Both the position numbers and the translations under genes were made by a program. A stretch of 42,655 bases of DNA from a virus. Shown in pieces: positions 28,027 through 35,957 of the stretch. The notes below the pieces were generated by a model that worked only from the letters and a program-made list of their open reading frames with translations, was not told where the DNA came from and searched no databases. The stretch lies in UHGV virus genome UHGV-0324172; one strand, written 5' to 3'. Position 1 is the stretch's first letter. Each line of letters opens with the position of its first letter.

Positions 28027-28449
28027 TTACTCCCCTGTGCTTCCGTATGCTCCACGTTCTGATTCTTCATCAAACTCTTGCACCTCCGTTGGCTCTGGTA
28101 ACATTACTGGCGCAATGACTAATTGTGCTAAACGTGTACCTGCTTTAACTACGATTGCCTCATCACCGATATTGTCTGTGATAATTCCAATTTCTTTGTT
28201 ATAAGTGTGATCGATTGTACCTAACGCTACACGTAACTTAGTTTTAAGTGAATTACCTGAACGTGGTCTCACTTGCGCCTCATATCCATATGCTAAATCA
28301 ATTGCAATGTGTGTTGGTACTACGACTGTACTATGTGCTGGAATTGTTGTATCTTCTGCGACATATAAATCTAATCCACTATCTGTTGGATTTGCTCTCG
28401 TTGGCAAGATTGCATTTTCTGATAATAATTTAATTGGTAAAATTCCCAT
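28027..28449 (-). CDS. dut: dUTP pyrophosphatase (trimeric dUTPase)
   Basis: Conserved dUTPase motifs (AILPTRANPTDSGLDLY, RPRSGNSLK, GTIDHTYNKEIGII, RLAQLVI). 140 aa, so it lacks the extra insertion of the longer phi11/80alpha-type Dut. Confidence 0.85.
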   Translation of the reverse strand: MGILPIKLLSENAILPTRANPTDSGLDLYVAEDTTIPAHSTVVVPTHIAIDLAYGYEAQVRPRSGNSLKTKLRVALGTIDHTYNKEIGIITDNIGDEAIVVKAGTRLAQLVIAPVMLPEPTEVQEFDEESERGAYGSTGE

Positions 28450-28668
28450 TTATTGTTCCTCCAAATCTTTTCTTTTATTCCAAATTTTTATAAGTTTTTC
28501 TGCATTATTGGTATGAACGTGCATCCATGTAGACGGTTGTATTTTGCAATTTTTATTAGTACATTCAATTAATAATGTATTAAAGCTATAACGTATATCC
28601 GGTAGACCACCACAAAATGGACATGGTTTAAATTTTGGACTACTCATCACTACCACGCTCCAAATCAC
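28450..28668 (-). CDS. Lar-family-like Zn-ribbon protein (possible restriction-alleviation / anti-restriction function)
   Basis: 72 aa. Motif FKPCPFCGG...C..C characteristic of the Lar restriction-alleviation family. Stop/start juxtaposed with dut. Confidence 0.4.
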   Translation of the reverse strand: MIWSVVVMSSPKFKPCPFCGGLPDIRYSFNTLLIECTNKNCKIQPSTWMHVHTNNAEKLIKIWNKRKDLEEQ

Positions 28669-29098
28669 TTATTTTATATTTTATAGCTTTAAATGCAGTC
28701 AGTAAGTTTCCAAAGTATTCAAACTCATTAGAATTTGATGCAAACTCTTGTCTTGTAGTTAACGTTTCTATTTTGTCTAATGTATATTCTTTTATCTCAT
28801 CAAACACCTCTGCCTTACGTTTAATATCTGCAATATCATTGATGAGTTCGTCGCGTTGTTTTTTAAACGACTTACACTGTTTAAATAATTCATGTATGAG
28901 CATTTCTTCTTTACTCATTACTTTTGATGTATGAGTTTGTAAAGGTGAATAAAAATCTAATATAAGCTGCCAACGTAAATCTACTGATCGTTTTGATGCG
29001 TCCACTAATTCACCAAATACACCGTCGTAGTCTAAATGGTTATTTTTAATATATTCCAATATCTTTTCTTTACTTTTCTCTGTCATCAACCATAGCAC
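28640..29098 (-). CDS. Hypothetical early protein
   Basis: 152-aa ORF. No motif recognised. Confidence 0.4.
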   Translation of the reverse strand: MLWLMTEKSKEKILEYIKNNHLDYDGVFGELVDASKRSVDLRWQLILDFYSPLQTHTSKVMSKEEMLIHELFKQCKSFKKQRDELINDIADIKRKAEVFDEIKEYTLDKIETLTTRQEFASNSNEFEYFGNLLTAFKAIKYKISDLERGSDE

Positions 29099-29471
29099 CG
29101 TCCTTCCAAATTAAAGTCATTGTGCCGTCGTCGTTTAAGATATAATAGTTATAATCACTTCTATCTAAAAACTGTCCGATACTACAATTGAAATTTATAT
29201 TAACTTCATTTAAATTGTTTCTATTGATAGATACTAATTTAGGTATCTCCGTTTCTTTCGTAATTTCTTCTTCAATTTCTACTGTGAAAGTGCATGAATG
29301 CGGGTTATAACTTATAACTTCATTTGCAATTATTTCTGGATCGAATGAGTAGTGTTCTTCGTTGTAATTAAACGTATAACCGTCTAACTCTACTTCCGTT
29401 TCTTCCTGCTCTAATAAATGCTTTAAAAATTCTTTAGGTGTCATCTCTACCTTACGTTTAATCTTTGCCAT
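29070..29471 (-). CDS. Conserved early protein, paralog A (same family as 31488..31862)
   Basis: Shares blocks with 31488..31862: N-terminal M-KIK-KVEMT, FTVEI-EEIT--T-IP, DG-TMTLIWK-G--V-D. Confidence 0.45.
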   Translation of the reverse strand: MAKIKRKVEMTPKEFLKHLLEQEETEVELDGYTFNYNEEHYSFDPEIIANEVISYNPHSCTFTVEIEEEITKETEIPKLVSINRNNLNEVNINFNCSIGQFLDRSDYNYYILNDDGTMTLIWKDGAMVDDREK

Positions 29472-29655
29472 TCCTTACACACTCCCTGTTCCTTTTTATG
29501 TCACACTCACTAACTTTCATCGTCACTCTACTTCCTGCTACCTTAACCACAAAGCCTTTAACACCTAGCTGTCGTAATTCACGCTGTATCTCTGTAGGTG
29601 TCTTGCCTTGTGTGTTGTATTTGTATCGTTGAGATACCGTGTCACTTAGCAGCAT
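29458..29655 (-). CDS. Hypothetical small basic protein
   Basis: 65-aa ORF overlapping neighbours by a few codons. Confidence 0.3.
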   Translation of the reverse strand: MLLSDTVSQRYKYNTQGKTPTEIQRELRQLGVKGFVVKVAGSRVTMKVSECDIKRNRECVRNGKD

Positions 29656-30256
29656 TTATTTTGTCCTTAACTTCTTTTTGTTTGTGTAATAATTTAACAA
29701 AGTTGATTCCTGCTTTAGTCAGGTCGCGATCAGTCGACGTTAAATTAAGTTTGTTAATGCGCACTAATTCTTTACGACTTACCAATGCTATATTTTCTTC
29801 GCTACAGTCTGACCTGTTTTGATTCAAATGTATTAAACAATATCCTTTGGGCACAGGTCCGTGCTTTTGTTCCCATAAATAATGTGTGTATTGTTTCCAG
29901 CATTCGTTTTTTGAACCTCGTTTTTTGATTTTTATAAACTTATAACCGTCAGTAGTGATTTTTATCGTTCCTAAAGGAAATGTGTTATCGGGCTTTTGTC
30001 CTTTCTTAAATTGAGTTTCAGCGCTTCTACCTCTGGAAGGAAAGCTTTTACCTTTGTTCCAAGAAGGCACACCTTTTTTAAACTTACAATCAACCCCACT
30101 TCTTATCCTTTTTCTCGAACAAAACCCTTTCATTTTATCTGTAGTAACATCAGTGCCAAACTCCTTATTAAACATTTCTGTCATTTCTTTCTTAGTTTTA
30201 CCTTTGATGTTATTACGAATATATTTTTCATGCTCATCAGTCCATACATGTCTCAT
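29642..30256 (-). CDS. HNH homing endonuclease (HNH_3 type with N-terminal basic DNA-binding region)
   Basis: C-terminal HNH_3 signature (YLWEQKHGPVPKGYCLIHLNQNRSDCSEENIALVSRKE). Free-standing in the early region, as is common for phage homing endonuclease genes. Confidence 0.7.
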   Translation of the reverse strand: MRHVWTDEHEKYIRNNIKGKTKKEMTEMFNKEFGTDVTTDKMKGFCSRKRIRSGVDCKFKKGVPSWNKGKSFPSRGRSAETQFKKGQKPDNTFPLGTIKITTDGYKFIKIKKRGSKNECWKQYTHYLWEQKHGPVPKGYCLIHLNQNRSDCSEENIALVSRKELVRINKLNLTSTDRDLTKAGINFVKLLHKQKEVKDKINAAK

Positions 30257-30261
30257 GGCTA

Positions 30262-30516
30262 TTACTCTCCTAACAACTTAGGGATTTCTGATTCTGCATC
30301 TAATTTTTCATCTTTAAACTTTTGTGCTTGCAGCACTAAACTGCCATTATTAATGATATTTTGAGCTACTTTAGAAACTGCACTAGATCTTTGTAACTCC
30401 TCTTTTAATTCTTCGCCTTTTAAATCTTCATCGCTTAATCTTTCTAATTGTGCAAATAAATGATTGTTTAAATCTGTCAATGTGTTTCTCATTTCATTAA
30501 CCCTCCCACTTCTCAA
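30262..30516 (-). CDS. Hypothetical small helical protein
   Basis: 84-aa ORF. Confidence 0.35.
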   Translation of the reverse strand: MRSGRVNEMRNTLTDLNNHLFAQLERLSDEDLKGEELKEELQRSSAVSKVAQNIINNGSLVLQAQKFKDEKLDAESEIPKLLGE

Positions 30517-30940
30517 ATGCTCTGTTTAGATACCAACGTGCTTTGTCTAAATCTTCTTTACCGTTCTTACGATTAGCTCGACTTATATACTTGATTGCAT
30601 TACCAATCGCAAATGCTAACTCTGGTTTGTAATCTTTAGTGACTTGCTCTATGAAGTCTATAATTTCCATATCTCCATACGTGTAATGCGACGGGTGGTT
30701 AACCTTGTCATCTAATGTCTTTTTAGTTCCTTCATTTCCATTAGGTAATGAGTAAAAATCATAACAATCATCAATAGTCCAAGTTCTCCCGTCAATTGCT
30801 TCTACATCAGCAACCCATCTATCTATATCAAGACTTGACTGAACTAAACGATAAACATTTTTTATTTGCACTGTAATTTCAACACCGTTAACTTCTTGGA
30901 TTCTGATTCTATCGCCTATAATCAAATCTTTAATGCTCAT
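30497..30940 (-). CDS. Conserved phage protein with HPSHY motif (DUF3310-like)
   Basis: 147 aa containing VNHPSHYTYGDMEIIDFIEQV. Family assignment from memory, not verified. Confidence 0.4.
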   Translation of the reverse strand: MSIKDLIIGDRIRIQEVNGVEITVQIKNVYRLVQSSLDIDRWVADVEAIDGRTWTIDDCYDFYSLPNGNEGTKKTLDDKVNHPSHYTYGDMEIIDFIEQVTKDYKPELAFAIGNAIKYISRANRKNGKEDLDKARWYLNRAFEKWEG

Positions 30941-31296
30941 GATCTAACCACCTTTCTAGGGAAGATGTCATTTTCCATAAGGTGCGTGCACCATTTACCA
31001 CGAGGGTGTTTTTGAGGCACTGTGAATAAATGTGGTTTCTTACGTTTCAATTCTTGTAATCTGCGTTGCTCCATTCTCTCTTTATAACTAGCAATTTCGT
31101 CCTCTTTAGGTTTCAAACTATCCCACTCACTACGTCTTACTCCAATAGGTGCTTCTATTGCATCTTCAAACTTCCAACCAGAAGCTAATCTTTGTCTTAA
31201 GATATCTGAATTAATATCTGCTTTTTTCATTTTCTCTACTACATCTGGTGTAATAGAGAAGTATTTATTTTTAACTCTCATTTTTGTCGCTTCCAT
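30937..31296 (-). CDS. Hypothetical early protein
   Basis: 119-aa ORF. 4-nt overlap with the upstream gene. Confidence 0.4.
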   Translation of the reverse strand: MEATKMRVKNKYFSITPDVVEKMKKADINSDILRQRLASGWKFEDAIEAPIGVRRSEWDSLKPKEDEIASYKERMEQRRLQELKRKKPHLFTVPQKHPRGKWCTHLMENDIFPRKVVRS

Positions 31297-31488
31297 TCAC
31301 TCCACCTCTACCAATTCAATTAGTTTAAAATCTTCGCTCATTAACTCTTTTTCAGGATTCTTACTGATTAAATCTAAAATGCGTTCCTTTTCATCACTTG
31401 CAGTAATTTGATTGTTTACCCAAACTGGATACTTACATCTAACTTTCATTGTTGCTTCGACTGTGACTGTTTCTTCTCTATTAGCCAT
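31297..31488 (-). CDS. Hypothetical small protein
   Basis: 63-aa ORF, tightly packed between neighbours. Confidence 0.3.
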   Translation of the reverse strand: MANREETVTVEATMKVRCKYPVWVNNQITASDEKERILDLISKNPEKELMSEDFKLIELVEVE

Positions 31489-31862
31489 TACTCATCACCG
31501 ACCAATTCGCCATATTTCCAGATGAGTGTCATTGTATTTCCGTCTTTTAACCAGAATTCTCTACTAAAGTCGTCTTTTACTTGTTCAATAGAATTCCCGA
31601 ACCATTGCGTTGCATCATTATCTTGAAATATCTCAAGCATTTCTGGAATTTTTGTATTTTCAGTAATCTCTTCTCCAATTTCTACTGTGAAAGTTTCATC
31701 TTTATCAACTTCATGCTCTATAAAAACTCTTTCGGCCATATCAAAATGCACATAATGACCATCAATATTGCTATAAAACATTTCACTTTTAATTCCATTC
31801 TTCCATGCCCATGTAATCAACTCTGGTAATGTCATTTCAACTTTCTTTTTAATCTTTACCAT
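31488..31862 (-). CDS. Conserved early protein, paralog B (same family as 29070..29471)
   Basis: See paralog A. Shared N-terminal MVKIKKKVEMT and C-terminal GNTMTLIWKYGELV blocks. Confidence 0.45.
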   Translation of the reverse strand: MVKIKKKVEMTLPELITWAWKNGIKSEMFYSNIDGHYVHFDMAERVFIEHEVDKDETFTVEIGEEITENTKIPEMLEIFQDNDATQWFGNSIEQVKDDFSREFWLKDGNTMTLIWKYGELVGDE

Positions 31863-32265
31863 CCTTCATCTTCTCCTTCTTACGTTTTTTGCGTACCTTG
31901 ATTAGTTCTTCATACGTTATCCACTCTTGACCTGTGTATTTAGGCGCTTTACATATCCACGTGAGTGGTACTTCTCTGTTTTGATATCTAAATATCTTTG
32001 ATTTTATTTTGGCTTCTGGAGTAGGCATACCTTTTACATCTATCACTTCGATTAGCTTGCCATCTTTCCATAAAGCAAAATCTGCTACATAGTTAATAGA
32101 TCTGAAATTTTCAAATTTAGGTTGTAATTCGTACTTAGGTTGCAACTCTATATGGTCATATCCCTTACCTAAGTTACGTTCTAAATATTGGTAGTAGTCG
32201 CATTCAATTTTGCTATCGAACACAAAACCTTTATATTCAACTTTTTTAGAATTGTATTTACTCAA
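31849..32265 (-). CDS. Conserved phage protein (DUF1064-like, replication-associated)
   Basis: 138 aa with KVEYKGFVFDSKIECDYYQYL block and a C-terminal Lys-rich tail. Position next to the helicase loader. Family from memory. Confidence 0.4.
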   Translation of the reverse strand: MSKYNSKKVEYKGFVFDSKIECDYYQYLERNLGKGYDHIELQPKYELQPKFENFRSINYVADFALWKDGKLIEVIDVKGMPTPEAKIKSKIFRYQNREVPLTWICKAPKYTGQEWITYEELIKVRKKRKKEKMKDGKD

Positions 32266-32274
32266 AACTCCACC

Positions 32275-32520
32275 TCAAAATAATAATTCGTTAATTGTCA
32301 TCTGTTGTTGCAGTTCTTCTTTTCTGAACAACTTGTGCTTACGTTTCAGTTTTTCTAACTCATCTTTCGTTACTGTTCCTGAAAATGTGTTTCTAAAGTG
32401 TATGCCTGCATAGTTACCTAACTTATAAGTATCTTCTCCTAACGGCGTTACACTGCACATCTCCCAACCGTCAATCTGATATAACGTGTATTGCTTTTTA
32501 AGTCCGTCGATAAGCCCCAT
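32275..32520 (-). CDS. Hypothetical small protein
   Basis: 81-aa ORF. Confidence 0.35.
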   Translation of the reverse strand: MGLIDGLKKQYTLYQIDGWEMCSVTPLGEDTYKLGNYAGIHFRNTFSGTVTKDELEKLKRKHKLFRKEELQQQMTINELLF

Positions 32521-32674
32521 TAGGACACCTCCGTTATCGCCTGTCTGTTACTTTTTTCTTCTAGCTTGTCATTAATTAGCTTGATAAGTTTTTCTTGATT
32601 ACCATTCGCACAATCAAGCATTTTTTGAGCATACACATCGGAACACTCAAGTATTTGTATAACATTCTCTTTCG

Positions 32675-33445
32675 TTACCATGCGTCACGCTCCCTGTAAT
32701 CATCACCTAGCACTTTTACTGTCCTAGCGTTATGTTTCATTCTTGAATTGATCCTTTGCCAATTCATATTTTGATTAAGTTCTTTATCACTAAAATTTGT
32801 AGTGAAGATATTATTCTTTCCAACTCTGTTATCTACAATGCTGAATAGTTTATTCAATGTGTGTTCAGTGTTTTCTACACCTATATCGTCGAGTACTAGC
32901 AAATCTATGTTACTTAGCAGTTGCACAAGTTCGTCAGTCGTTTCTGAAGCGTTCTTGTTGTATGTCGCTTTAATACGCTCCATTAACATTGGAATGTGCA
33001 TAAAAGCCACTGAATATCCTTCGTTTTTAATCGCTTTAGCAATGGCATATGCTATATGGCTTTTTCCGGTACCATATGAGCCTTGTAAGATTAAAGACTT
33101 AGGATTGTCTACCGAGAATGTTTTGACGTACTCTATGGCTGTTTTTTTGGCGTATACTTGCTTTTCGTTTTGTGGTTTGTAATTATTTACTGTTGCATCT
33201 CTTAGCGAACCGTTTACGGTAGATTGATTGAAAATATTATTTATATATTTTTGTTTGCGTTTCTTCTCTGCTTCTTTACCAGCTTGTATCATTGAACAGT
33301 CACAACCATGTCTAAACTCATGCCCGTTACTAAACTTGTAATAGTCGTATGTGTTTCCACACTTATTACATTTAAGGTTGTGTTGTTCTTCTACGATGTT
33401 TTTACTAGGTTTGATATTTCTAGCTAAACTTTCCATTGATTGCAT
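32675..33445 (-). CDS. DnaC/IstB-like helicase loader ATPase
   Basis: Walker A (GSYGTGKSHIAYAIA). Walker B (LLVLDDIG). N-terminal Cys-rich region. Directly downstream of the replisome organiser. Confidence 0.85.
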   Translation of the reverse strand: MQSMESLARNIKPSKNIVEEQHNLKCNKCGNTYDYYKFSNGHEFRHGCDCSMIQAGKEAEKKRKQKYINNIFNQSTVNGSLRDATVNNYKPQNEKQVYAKKTAIEYVKTFSVDNPKSLILQGSYGTGKSHIAYAIAKAIKNEGYSVAFMHIPMLMERIKATYNKNASETTDELVQLLSNIDLLVLDDIGVENTEHTLNKLFSIVDNRVGKNNIFTTNFSDKELNQNMNWQRINSRMKHNARTVKVLGDDYRERDAW

Positions 33446-33457
33446 TTATAATCACTC

Positions 33458-34237
33458 CTAGTCCCAATAACTCTCGTCATACTTCATTCTTTCTAATTGA
33501 TCCATGCCACTCGGTTGTAATTCTTGGTTAAGATAACCCTCAAACTTAGTACCGAATAATGTTTCAGGTCTTAGGTACTTCTCCATGTTTGTGCCTTTCC
33601 ACTCAGCAACTTTGTTATCTATAACTCTTTTAAAGTCATCTATTGAAAAACCTTCATCAGTTCTTGCTCGTATGACTGTTTGATTCTTCTTAGTAGTAGA
33701 TTTGTAATTCTTACCTGTTTGTTGGTTAAGGTAGTCAATTACATCTTTGTAAGGATACGTAGTCGGGTTGCCCGACAATATATTTCCATCAATATAAGTA
33801 CTATCAATATTAGTTAAATCATTATTAATACTATTATTATTAGTAGTTCGCCCTTTTCGGTTTTCCGTTTTTCCGTTTTCCGAAAAACCGTTTGCCGATA
33901 ATCCGTTTTCCGAAAATGGCATTTCGGTAGGCTTTTCATAAACTAAATATTCGTACCCGTTAAAAATGCCGTTGTCAGTCCTTTTTTGTATTCTATGAAC
34001 GTACTTACTTTTTATTAACTCTTGTATGCCACTGTTTATAGATTTCTGACCGTCGTTCATGTGCTTAACCACTTCTGATGTGTATATTTGCCAATTGTCA
34101 GGTCTGCTTAAGAAATAAAGCAGTATCCCTTTTGCTTTGGCGCTCAATTTATTATCAAAAACAAAAGCTTTATGGACTGTTACGAAATCCCCGCTTTCTT
34201 TTATCGTTCTAAATGTTGCCATCTTTCTCACTTCCAT
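33458..34237 (-). CDS. Phage replisome organiser / DnaD-like replication initiator with an internal origin (iterons inside the coding sequence)
   Basis: N-terminal replisome-organiser domain (FVTVHKAFVFDNKLSAKAKGILLYFLSRPDNWQ). Repeated ENG/FSENG peptide encoded by DNA iterons at 33851..33932. Followed by a DnaC-like loader. Confidence 0.75.
   Translation of the reverse strand: MEVRKMATFRTIKESGDFVTVHKAFVFDNKLSAKAKGILLYFLSRPDNWQIYTSEVVKHMNDGQKSINSGIQELIKSKYVHRIQKRTDNGIFNGYEYLVYEKPTEMPFSENGLSANGFSENGKTENRKGRTTNNNSINNDLTNIDSTYIDGNILSGNPTTYPYKDVIDYLNQQTGKNYKSTTKKNQTVIRARTDEGFSIDDFKRVIDNKVAEWKGTNMEKYLRPETLFGTKFEGYLNQELQPSGMDQLERMKYDESYWD
33851..33932. repeat. Candidate phage origin: 7-8 direct iterons with core TTT(T)CCG/TTTCGG, including two copies of TTTTCCGAAAA
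   Basis: Sequence CCTTTTCGGTTTTCCGTTTTTCCGTTTTCCGAAAAACCGTTTGCCGATAATCCGTTTTCCGAAAATGGCATTTCGG lies inside the organiser gene, in frame with a repeated peptide. This ori-in-rep-gene architecture is known from lambda O and many Firmicute phages. Confidence 0.6.
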
Positions 34238-34454
34238 TCAGTAACTCTGTTACAGTAATATTCATGTCATCAGCGATTAATTTAAGCCTTTTAGCATTAG
34301 GTTTTGAAATATCTTTTTCCCACCTACTAACGATACTGTCTGACGCATTGTCGATTAATTCTCCGAACTCTCTCATGTTCAGACCTTTATCTTGTCTGTG
34401 TTGTTTAATACGGCTACCTAATGTCATTACTATCACTCCCCGTACAATAGCCAT
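34209..34454 (-). CDS. XRE-family HTH regulator
   Basis: HTH_XRE pattern (SRIKQHRQDKGLNMREFGELIDNASDSIVSRWEKDISKPNAKRLKLIADDMNITVTELL). Likely start at the internal Met (MTLGS...). Confidence 0.55.
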   Translation of the reverse strand: MAIVRGVIVMTLGSRIKQHRQDKGLNMREFGELIDNASDSIVSRWEKDISKPNAKRLKLIADDMNITVTELLNGSEKDGNI

Positions 34455-34663
34455 TCTGGTGTTGTTTTAAATATGAATGCTATCAATTTTATTTTTTCAA
34501 GATTAGGAATTCTTTTACCTTCTTCCCATTGTTTTATGGAGAAAGGAGATACATACAAGATTGCAGCGAATTCGTTTATATCAAAATTTCTTTGTAATCT
34601 TATTTGTTTGATTCTATTAGCAATTTCTTTCTTGTTTTCTTTAGTTATTACTCTCGAATTCAT
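34433..34663 (-). CDS. XRE-family HTH regulator
   Basis: HTH_XRE pattern (IANRIKQIRLQRNFDINEFAAILYVSPFSIKQWEEGKRIPNLEKIKLIA). Confidence 0.5.
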   Translation of the reverse strand: MNSRVITKENKKEIANRIKQIRLQRNFDINEFAAILYVSPFSIKQWEEGKRIPNLEKIKLIAFIFKTTPEWLLYGE

Positions 34664-35327
34664 TTTTAGCTCCTTTCAACATGGCGTTTAAACGATCATC
34701 AACTTTTATCCAGCTATCTTGTAAGATATATTTTTCATCAAAAGACTTAACGCCTATGTTGTGCTGTTCTTGGTGGTGTCGTCTGCATAAAGCCAACACT
34801 TCATAATCGTAATGCTGCATCTTCTTACGGTTAGCACCACGTCCTATTGCGTAGTGATGTGCAAGGTCAGCGTTTGATTCCCCACATAGTACACAGTTTC
34901 GATTGACCGTTGCCCAGTACAACATAGCTTTATCTCCACTTAGCAATTTGCTCGTTTCTACTCTCATTGGTATTTGGTGATGGAACATAAAAGCTATAAT
35001 CAACTCTATTAATTCACTCGCTATTCTCATTGAACAGTCACGTAAACTTATTTCTTCGTAACCATTCATAATTTCAAGTTCTGCTTGAAACCTTTTCCTT
35101 AGTGATTCCACAGGTTCTCCCCAGTGCAACTCAATATCTCTACATAATGCAAAAATCTTTTTACGTTGTTCTATTGATAATTTTTTGTTATCAGGTACTT
35201 CAACTTCTGCAATGAGTGAGTAACCATTTTCTAATAAGTCGATATGACTTTGTTCTAATTCAACACCAGTCGCAACGACGGAATAAGTACCGTCGTTATC
35301 TCGCTGGTATCTTGTAATACGCTGCAT
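34641..35327 (-). CDS. HNH-motif protein (DUF968-like) of the replication module
   Basis: CVLCGESNADLAHHYAIGRGANRKKMQHYDYEVLALCRRHHQEQH contains a C-x2-C...HH...C-x2-HH-x3-H HNH arrangement. Confidence 0.5.
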   Translation of the reverse strand: MQRITRYQRDNDGTYSVVATGVELEQSHIDLLENGYSLIAEVEVPDNKKLSIEQRKKIFALCRDIELHWGEPVESLRKRFQAELEIMNGYEEISLRDCSMRIASELIELIIAFMFHHQIPMRVETSKLLSGDKAMLYWATVNRNCVLCGESNADLAHHYAIGRGANRKKMQHYDYEVLALCRRHHQEQHNIGVKSFDEKYILQDSWIKVDDRLNAMLKGAKNEFESNN

Positions 35328-35338
35328 TTAATCACGTC

Positions 35339-35893
35339 CTAGAAAGGTAAATCATCATCACTAATTTCAATCGGTCCATTAGCATTGGCAAATGGATTTG
35401 ATTGTTGACTCATTGGCGTTTGCTGTCCGTTGGCTTGTTGTTCACGTTGTTTCATTTCATCAGTTTTAGGTTCGGGTTTATTTACGATTTCGTCACCTTT
35501 GTTCCAAACTTTTACAAAAGATAATCTGACGAAATATTTACCTTGATCTTCGTTAAACTTATTTTTAAGTACGATTGTTCCCATTTTGTTTATTAATCTG
35601 TCTGTATCGAAAGTTAAATCAGGTAAATTAAGTTGAATTCCTAGTCTGCTTAATAATTCTATATATTGTTTTTCTTGGAAGTCTTGTTGGAATGGTGGTA
35701 CGAATTGATTATGTTTGTATTGTTTACCTTCGTTATTTTCAAATACGATAGTGAAATATCTTCCTTCTTTGTCATTAAATTCAACATCTTTAACTTTAAC
35801 TGTGAATTCTCCTGCTCCTAAGAAGTCTCCACCTTTCATAAATGCCTCTTGATTAGTTTCTTTAGTGTGTTGTGCTTGTCCTGTAATTTTCAT
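35339..35893 (-). CDS. SSB-like protein with canonical acidic SSB C-terminal tail (DDDLPF) but atypical N-terminal domain
   Basis: C-terminal Q/N-rich linker ending ISDDDLPF (the client-protein-binding tip of SSBs). Located next to the Sak4-like ATPase, as in Sak4-SSB recombination modules. Confidence 0.5.
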   Translation of the reverse strand: MKITGQAQHTKETNQEAFMKGGDFLGAGEFTVKVKDVEFNDKEGRYFTIVFENNEGKQYKHNQFVPPFQQDFQEKQYIELLSRLGIQLNLPDLTFDTDRLINKMGTIVLKNKFNEDQGKYFVRLSFVKVWNKGDEIVNKPEPKTDEMKQREQQANGQQTPMSQQSNPFANANGPIEISDDDLPF

Positions 35894-35924
35894 AATTTTT
35901 ATACCGTCCTTTATGTTATTTTTG

Positions 35925-35930
35925 TATAAT
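35925..35930 (+). promoter_or_regulatory. Candidate -10 (TATAAT, preceded by TG) for the plus-strand gene 35958..36650
   Basis: TTTGTATAAT at 35921..35930, 28 nt upstream of the GTG start. No convincing -35. Confidence 0.3.
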
Positions 35931-35957
35931 ATATTTAATTCTAATTTTTGAAAGTGA

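Noticed and set aside
33851-33932. Tandem short repeats considered as a CRISPR array
   Set aside because: Repeats are 7-8 bp with no spacers, lie in frame inside the replisome-organiser CDS, and encode a repeated peptide. They are classical origin iterons, not CRISPR.
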